This document shows, piece after piece, positions 41,830 to 49,013 of a stretch of 49,013 nucleotides of DNA. A model generated the notes under the pieces. It worked only from the letters and a program-made list of their open reading frames with translations, searched no databases and had not been told where the DNA came from. Source of the stretch: Bigelowiella natans CCMP2755 (lineage: Eukaryota; Protista; Cercozoa); assembly GCA_000320545.1 (NCBI GenBank), contig ADNK01001300.1:1-49013 (forward strand). Reading direction: 5' to 3'. A program made the translations under genes and the position numbers. How positions within the stretch are numbered: the stretch's first letter is position 1; each line of letters opens with the position of its first letter.

Positions 41830-43275
41830 CCTCGTTGTTATGTTTATCTATGCCGTCACAACGCGCCTGCCTACCACTAGTCCACCGCCCCCAACCGCAA
41901 CTATCCGCGTTATTACTTAAAACCCATTTGTCAGATCGCAGAGTGTGGCACAGCTCCTCCACGAATTCATCTCCAAGCTGGTTGTTGCTGATATCCAGCT
42001 GTGTGTGTGGGCATCGAAGGAGGAGGAGGAGGAGGAGGAGGAGGAGGAGGCGGTGTCATTGGTTGTGGCGATGGTGATGATGGAAATGGTGATGCTTCTA
42101 GCTATGATGATGATGATGATGATGATGGTCATGGTGATGATGAGAGTAGTATTTCCCTTGTATAAGTGCGCATGGTTGGACAAGTGATGCAAAACAGAAC
42201 GAATAGGATCAAAGCATTTCAAAAACGCTTTAATATTTCTGGAAGAGCTGCCTTTATCATCTACGGCACGAGCATCGCCAACACGGACAACAGGGTGGCC
42301 CGCGAATACAATCCGCGCATCTCATTGCTTTTTAATCCACTCGTTTCTCACCCCAGATTGCTGCCATTCCATGCACTCTCTGTGGATGATGTTCTTTTCA
42401 AAAGATGGTGATGATTATACCGATACTATCCCTTGCTGTGTTGTCCGGTCAACGGACATCAGTCGTTGCACCTCCGTCGGTGCGTTCTTGCCATATCCTG
42501 TGCGCAGACCTGAAAAGGGACGAGAGCGGAAGGTGAGGGGGAGAGGGGGGGAGGTGATAGGGTAAGAGAAGTGTTGTATCAGAGAATGGTAATAATAATG
42601 CCATATCGGGCTCTTGTGCCAAACGCCAGATCTACGCATTGGCAGGCTACATATAAGAAGAATCATCAAAATTTCTGTGCTGTCGTCAATAGTCCCTACT
42701 GTGCTCCCACTGTAGGGTATCTCGGCGGCATCCGTGATAGGCAATGATCTTGCACATGTTATAGGCGCTCTTTGCGCGTCAGCTTGCAGCCGGAGAGGGT
42801 GACTTTCTTGAGTGGGCATCCTAGCATACATGGCAAGAATGACGTCAATCGCGCGTCTCCTAGGTTGCAATTGCGTATCCGGAGAGTTTCTAACCCCGAG
42901 CACTGAGATAGGACCTGCATATATGGTGGGTATGATGTTCGCGCAACCATGGTCTCAATTAGAGCGCAAGCTGTTGTTTGTCAGTTTGAGCAATGCGCTC
43001 TTACTATTGTCATGACCCTTGTTTCTTAGTCACCTTTCCGATGTAGGAAAAATTCGACTGTTGTACCCCTTCGAGAGACATCATCTCGAGGTAGGGTTTG
43101 TTCGCATGGAGCGCCTCTGGCAAAACACTGGATGGATTATCAATGATATGGGTTAAATATAACAAAATTGGAGCATTCTTCAAGTATGCCTTGCAAGTGT
43201 GTTTCAAAAATAACTTGTAGTTATATATCTTTAAAACTACAGATATTTTTTTATAATTTATTCCTGCTGTTTATC

Positions 43276-43335
<60 letters not shown>

Positions 43336-43941
43336 CTCGCTCTTCAATATACGCACAACACACAATACACAACACACAATACACAACACACTATCTCTGT
43401 TGTGTGCGTGCAAGAGAAAGTATTTTAGTACCTGGCAAGTCGGTTCCGAATCTCATGAATTGGAGGAAATCCATGACGGGTGATTCGTTTCTTCTTTTTA
43501 CCCTTGCCCTTTTCCTCCCGTGCGTCTGTGTATTGGACATGAATCTGTTAGTCTCCGACCCAAATTTTTAATCGAATAATGCCGTTCGTACGAGTTCTGC
43601 TGAGAAATTGAATTTTCATGTTCTTTATGGTTGGAACTTGGCGCAGGAATCCCAAGCACAGCTTCATGTTTTCCACGTCGAGCTTGGAAAAATCGCACTC
43701 GTACGTACCCTCCAACAACTTCCGATACATATTCTTTACCCTCGGATTTTGCCATGCCTTAATATCATTTTCAAATGTTCAGTGAGAACTATGGTAGAAT
43801 GTTTTTTCCTTGTTATCCAATCAGCACATTCAGCAAGTCACTTATGGCAAGGACCTTGGGGTGTGATTTCGCGAGGGTCTTCGCGAGTCTCTTAATATAT
43901 TTCACATCAATTCGCTTCTTCTCATCATCTGCAACTGGCAT
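36535..43941 (-). CDS. RNI-type LRR protein resembling centriolar CEP78, with a long low-complexity/coiled-coil C-terminus (could be two genes)
   Basis: Exons LETLRIRNCNLGDARL, LKKVTLSGCKLT, HGCRRDTLQWEHS, LDISNNQLGDEFVEELCHTLRSDKWVL, ALDLESTAMTRVGLEHIMQMLK and DNETLLQI follow the CEP78 LRR pattern as I recall it. The start is MPVADDEKKR at 43941. Confidence 0.55.
39865..39960 (+). repeat. (CAG/CAA)n trinucleotide tract
   Basis: About 32 mixed CAA/CAG units, seen directly. It lies within the minus-strand LRR gene and is probably intronic. Confidence 0.9.
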
Positions 43942-45505
43942 GGGGTATTCCCAATACCGTCGAAATACGACGTGCTGTCCTTATACGAAAAAGGGCTTCT
44001 TCGAACTTAATGAGGAGAAGCGAGTCCACCCCCTCCGAGTAATAGTGTGGTCTTCAAAACTCAGTTTCGCTGAGGGCACGAAAATACTTGTTAACCAAGG
44101 AATACTCAGGTACGACATAAAATTCGAGGAACAAATAGCCATAATTAGGCTCCTTCGCCTGCATTCGCCTGTATTGGGGCACTATTCATGTTCCAATGTT
44201 CTCGTTGATTACAGACTACGACAAATTTGATTCTCTGTCGGATTATAGGAATGTCCTAACATTTTGGATAAGACATACAACGCGAAATATTAAGTACTCC
44301 TTCTCAACGGACAGGACAGCTAACAATTTTCTTGTCGGAAGCTATCTATCCTGGATCTACGAGACAAAGTCCTTCGATTTTGACTTTATAAAATAAAATC
44401 CCCGGTAGTTACGAATGCATTGGAAAGTGGTTGAAATAATATGCAGAGATTTTATAGAATCATAATAAGTTGTCTCAAGATAAAAATGGGAAATTTCATA
44501 GAATTGGAAATCGCATTTCATTGAAGGAAACCCAGGCTCTTTTCCCTGACCATCATTTCATTCTTCTAAAATCGCGAGTTCGAGGTTCGAAATCCATGGA
44601 AATCCACTGGAAATCTACGACGAAGATCGTACGAGCTGGAAGCGAGTAAAATCCTGGATTTGTGGATTTTACCAGATTTTTGTGGGAAATTTATGGTTTT
44701 GAATTGGAAAAAGATGAAAGAGGCGTTGAATTTGTATTCTAAGACAACTGACTACGAAGTCTCGGAAACGAAAAGGATCAACCTTCTGGCATCATCAAAC
44801 CCTGGAATGATAGAAAGAAAGATTTTACTTTACGACTTATTAACCATGCTCTAAAGAACGAGAAATAGACTCCATTGGTACCAATTTCCGAAATCCTCGG
44901 GGATTTTTTTCTTATTCAATGTCAGCACAACAAGAGCAATTTTTTAACATTTCTATGCGAGTGAGAACTTGGTTGCATCGATACCTCGGGAAAATACGAA
45001 GTCTCTTATCTTAAATTCTGTACATTTATCATCTTCGTGTAAAACAGTTTCAAGAAAAATTTGCTGACAGCTGATGAAAGACACTGCAAAAGAAGAGACA
45101 GAGAGGCACGACCAAATTCGACTCGTGCGAATCAAGTATCTTGAGAAAGTTTAAATGACAATTACTGACTGTATTTTTAGATAGCGTCTTATTTAATTTC
45201 AAATTACTGCACATATTCGTCCTATCTGCGCTTGCCGACAAATACTCAGCTGCAAGGCTAACATCTGACACCCGTCACCTTGAATACTGCCTCCCCCCCC
45301 TTCACAACTCTTGTGTGGGTTCAAAACGGAGGTGGGGACACAGTCTGTCATAATAACAACGTGTCAGAGTTGGGTTGGCTGTGGAGGAAAGGAGTGAGTT
45401 GTTTCCTTGTGCCTCGATTATTACAAGGCTGGGAGCATAATCACTCCATATTATTGGGCGGACTCCGATTAATTTCCCATCTGGGGGGAGTTATCAGGGA
45501 AAGTC

Positions 45506-47663
45506 ATGTCTCTTGATGAGCAGCTCGCTCGAGTTCGAAGCAACATCACACGTAATTTCGCATCAAGAGATGATTTCGACCCGTGGGCATACGAGTCTTC
45601 ATCCATGGCGGACGACCTTCCATCAACACCGACAGTCGAGGCTGAGCGGATTCCGCGGGAAATGAAAGAAAAAAGGAGGCGTCGAAGCCCGGCGCCAAAT
45701 AAAGTCCGGTCTCGTTCCCCTGCTACTAGATATAAACCTGAACCGGAAAAGCCGCTGAGCGAAGCAGAAAAGAGACAAATTGAGGAGCGAAGAAAAGCCA
45801 AAGAAAAAGATGAGGAGGATCAGGCAAGACAAAAACAGGCCGAATTGGCTGCATATGAAGATAATCTCAAGGAACGTGAACGCGCACAGCATAAAGCGAA
45901 GCAGCGGAGGGAGGAGCGCGAAAGGTTAAAGGATGAGAAGCGAAAGAAACGAGAGGAGGAAAAACTCCAAAAACAGAAGGTACAGTATAAATCGTGTGTG
46001 CATACAAGAAATAATGTTGTCGACCACACCCCTAAAAAATATCTTCCACTTGCTTCCTAATTGCTGTGTATGTTTTATTTAGGATCTCGAAATGAAGAGA
46101 AGGGAACGCGAAAAGGCCATGAAAATGGCAAATACGAACGGGTTGGCGCTCTTAGTTACCTAGTTTCGATTATACTGCAAGGCCTGCTGTGTGCATTTCG
46201 CGTGAGTTGTTGTGGGAGGACCCGACTTGACAAATTGAATTTAACGACCTCTGTTGTTCGCCACAATCTTGGTCGCACCTCACCTTCCCTCTCCTCCTCT
46301 TCTCTCGTAGGAATCATCTCTCTTCTGCCGGGCAAAATTCCTCTGGGCAAAGACCAAGAAGGTGACTACGCCTGCCGTGTTTATATTAATGGTGCGGTAT
46401 CTCGATGTGGTACAAAACAAGTGTTATTTGAGAACAACATTTGCGTCCCTCCCTTTTTAGATAGATGATTCCTGCGATTGCTAATAGTGTTCTCCATCTC
46501 GCTTACTCGTTGCTTTCTCCAAATATCAACCTGTATTAGTCGAAATTCAAGTTACGTAAAGTCGTTACTTCTGAAGCGTGGAAGAGGTATCTGGACCTTG
46601 CCCCGCCGCCCCCGCCCCCCGCCTCCCTTATTTCTCCGATGAATGTAATGTATTTTAAACTAATACTTGACCGATATTCAACAGGGAAGTCCCCCGCCCC
46701 AAGAACTCGGTCCCCCGCCCCATCGCCACCACCCTCGCGCCGGCCGAAAGTTTCGAGTGGATGCACAAGGGCCCGGCCATCCAGGTTTACGAAAGATGCG
46801 ATGCTACGCAACCTTCCTTTTATATGATCTGACTCGCCATGCGTCGATTGATTACAGCAGCAACATCAGCGCGTTTTGGCTCACACTGTTGATGATGATG
46901 ATGATGATGATGATGATAATATTCCCTTCAGGTACGAGCCAAACAGCTTCCAAATACTGGACATGCAGGCGGAGGATCTTGGTTTCGAACAGTTTGACGA
47001 AAAGGTAGACACCGGCTGCTTTGCTAAGATAGATGATGGAGCAGGGGGGGGGATATAGTTTGCTGTGAGGCACCTCTGTAGCCACCGTGCAGAAATAGTG
47101 AATCAATCATGGGCAACGCTCTGTTGGGGATATGATGGGCTATTACGGAATATACCAACAGTCTTCTGCCTCCAACTGTATACCTCTACTTCCCCTCGCC
47201 CCCCCCCCCCCACCCACCCTCTCTCTCGTCCATAAGATACGTATGAAAAAATTACTCACCATTTCTTCTTTCCTCTTACCTGCTATTACCTATAGAGGAA
47301 AAGGGAGAAGATCCTCGCCCGCGAGGAGAAGAAGAAGAAGCTAGAGAAGCAGCAGCAACAGCCAGGGCACGACTCGGACTCGGACTCATCATCTTCGAGC
47401 GATAGCGAATCTCCTCCCAAGCCTCAGCAACAGCTCACGAGGGGAGGAGGGGGGGGCGAAGCTGGTGACAGCTCATCCTCCTCTTCGTCCTCAGACGATG
47501 ACGACGAGCAGGCAGCTAGCAGCCGAAGGAAAAGGACGCCTATGCGGTCGTCGTCGTTCAAACCGGTGAAAAGGAGCCCGGTAGCACCCCACCACGAATC
47601 CTCCGCCACCACCAGTAGCAGCAGCAGCAGAAGTGCTCCTGTGCGGCCTCGAGCGGGCACAAG

Positions 47664-47696
<33 letters not shown>

Positions 47697-49013
47697 CACG
47701 GCGAAGCGGAGACGGTCCATACCTAGGAGGTCCTCCCTTGGAGCACCGTCGCCTCGCAAAAGAATCAGCGGTGTGAGGGAACCCTCGCCCCGTCCTCTCG
47801 TTGGCTCGGAAGTGGGTGGTGTGAGGAGGCGGCGGCCCTCCCCAGGAGTAGTAGCATCGTCTTCTTCTTCGTCCAACAAAAGGATATCACCTGCAGCTGC
47901 GGCCTCCTCTACGGAAGAGGAGCAGAAGAAGAACCTGAAACCCACAAAGGCTGACGCAGCTTTAGATAAGGGAGGAGAGGTTGGGGGGGGGGCAGCAGCT
48001 CCCTCTTCCTCCATTATATCGGCAGCGCATTTAAACGACAGCTCTGATTCTAGTTCCGATGACGACGACGACGACGATGGCGGCGGCGACGGTGCTGCTA
48101 GTTCCAACCAGCATCTTCCTCACACCCAAGACCCGGCGGCAAGCAGTCCGAAAAGGCCAAGTAGTAGTACCGCAACAAAAGGCCCCTCGGCAGCGAGGGT
48201 TGTCGACGGTGATGTTGTCGTCGGAATGGTGGGTGGAAAGCAGCCTGCGATGCCGGCTGCTGATGCTGCGGGGCAAGGGCGTTTGGGGGGCAAGCAGCCA
48301 GCGGGTCTTGCAGGTGATGATGCTCATCACCATCAGCAGCAGCAGCAGCAGCAGCAATATGATCAGAAGCAGAGGCGGAACAACATGGTTGGTGGCAAAC
48401 GACCGATGATGGTGGGCGGAAAGCAGCCCATGACGACAGGGGGCAAAATGCCGAGAAAGCATCCCACGATAGGCGGGAAGCAGCTTCTTATGATGGAAGC
48501 AGCAGCAGCAGCAGGTGGTGGTGAGAGAATGGGGGGGGATTTTGACGTGAGCTCATCCTCGTCCTCAGAATCTGAGGAAGAAGAGAAAGAAGAGACTGCC
48601 TTCCTCGACGGCAAGGGCCCAAAGAAGATGGAGGAGGAGGAGGAGGAGGTTGGGGGAGGAGAAGAAGAAGAAGAAAAGACCCATCCTACCTCAAAGAAGC
48701 AGCAACAGCAGAACGCGGGGGGGGGAGGCGGGCAAAGCAATCCTGTGAGCAAGACAAACAAGCGCGGAACCAAGCGACGAAAGAAGGGGGAGGAGGAGGA
48801 TCGTGCCGCTGGAGAAACCAAGGAGAAGATCATGAGTAACAGCAAACTCTTATTCTCTCATCGGGGAACAAAATCATAATACTCACCCTGGAAAAATCAA
48901 GCAGATGAAGAAAGAAGCAGCAACAGTCAAGGCGGCGGTACGGCGGAAAAGGAGAAGGAAGGTTTTCCACAGGCATTCCAGCACTAAGAAGTCTGACTAG
49001 CAAAGCGAAGCAG
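45506..49013 (+). CDS. Large charged/low-complexity nuclear-type protein with a possible degenerate PWWP-like segment and GGK repeats; 3' end not resolved and may run off the window
   Basis: 184-aa first exon with a K/E/R coiled coil, an exon FLWAKTKKVTTPAVFILM (PWWP-like beta strands), and a 445-aa ORF 47542-48879 with repeated xGGKQP/TGGKMPRK. Confidence 0.55.

Noticed and set aside
43950-45250. AT-rich stretch with short broken ORFs, a possible decayed gene or element
   Set aside because: No recognisable domain, termini or consistent frame could be supported by eye.

Overview
Gene-dense, intron-rich, microsatellite-laden nuclear DNA from a protist. A chlorarachniophyte/algal origin is a tentative inference only. 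About 12 mostly spliced genes can be traced by eye: an unknown gene, an FSH1-type serine hydrolase with a bipartite-looking leader, a 6TM channel with an unusual TGQG pore plus EF-hand, an ankyrin gene with an in-frame stop, a C2H2 zinc-finger gene, a DD3-3 homologue, an Fcf2-domain gene, two unknowns, an F-box/LRR gene, a CEP78-like LRR gene, and a low-complexity gene with histone-H3-tail-like GGK repeats. One 3.5-kb LTR retroelement (14497-18005, minus strand) encodes Gag, a protease and a possible degenerate adenine-MTase-like domain, but no RT or integrase. The main signal is a dinucleotide-specific mutation process. The two 349-bp LTRs differ at 24 sites, every one TpA versus TpG/CpA. About 1.67 kb of gag contains a single TpA, with His/Cys codons where Tyr is plausible. 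Surviving TpAs sit almost only in CTA/TAG context. The same TA-eroded, CTAG-array composition marks the intergenic DNA beyond gene 3' ends but not divergent promoters. This suggests a TpA-targeted DNA modification or hypermutation system ('reverse RIP', possibly with a forward RIP-like patch). All counts and gene models were made by eye and need computational confirmation.
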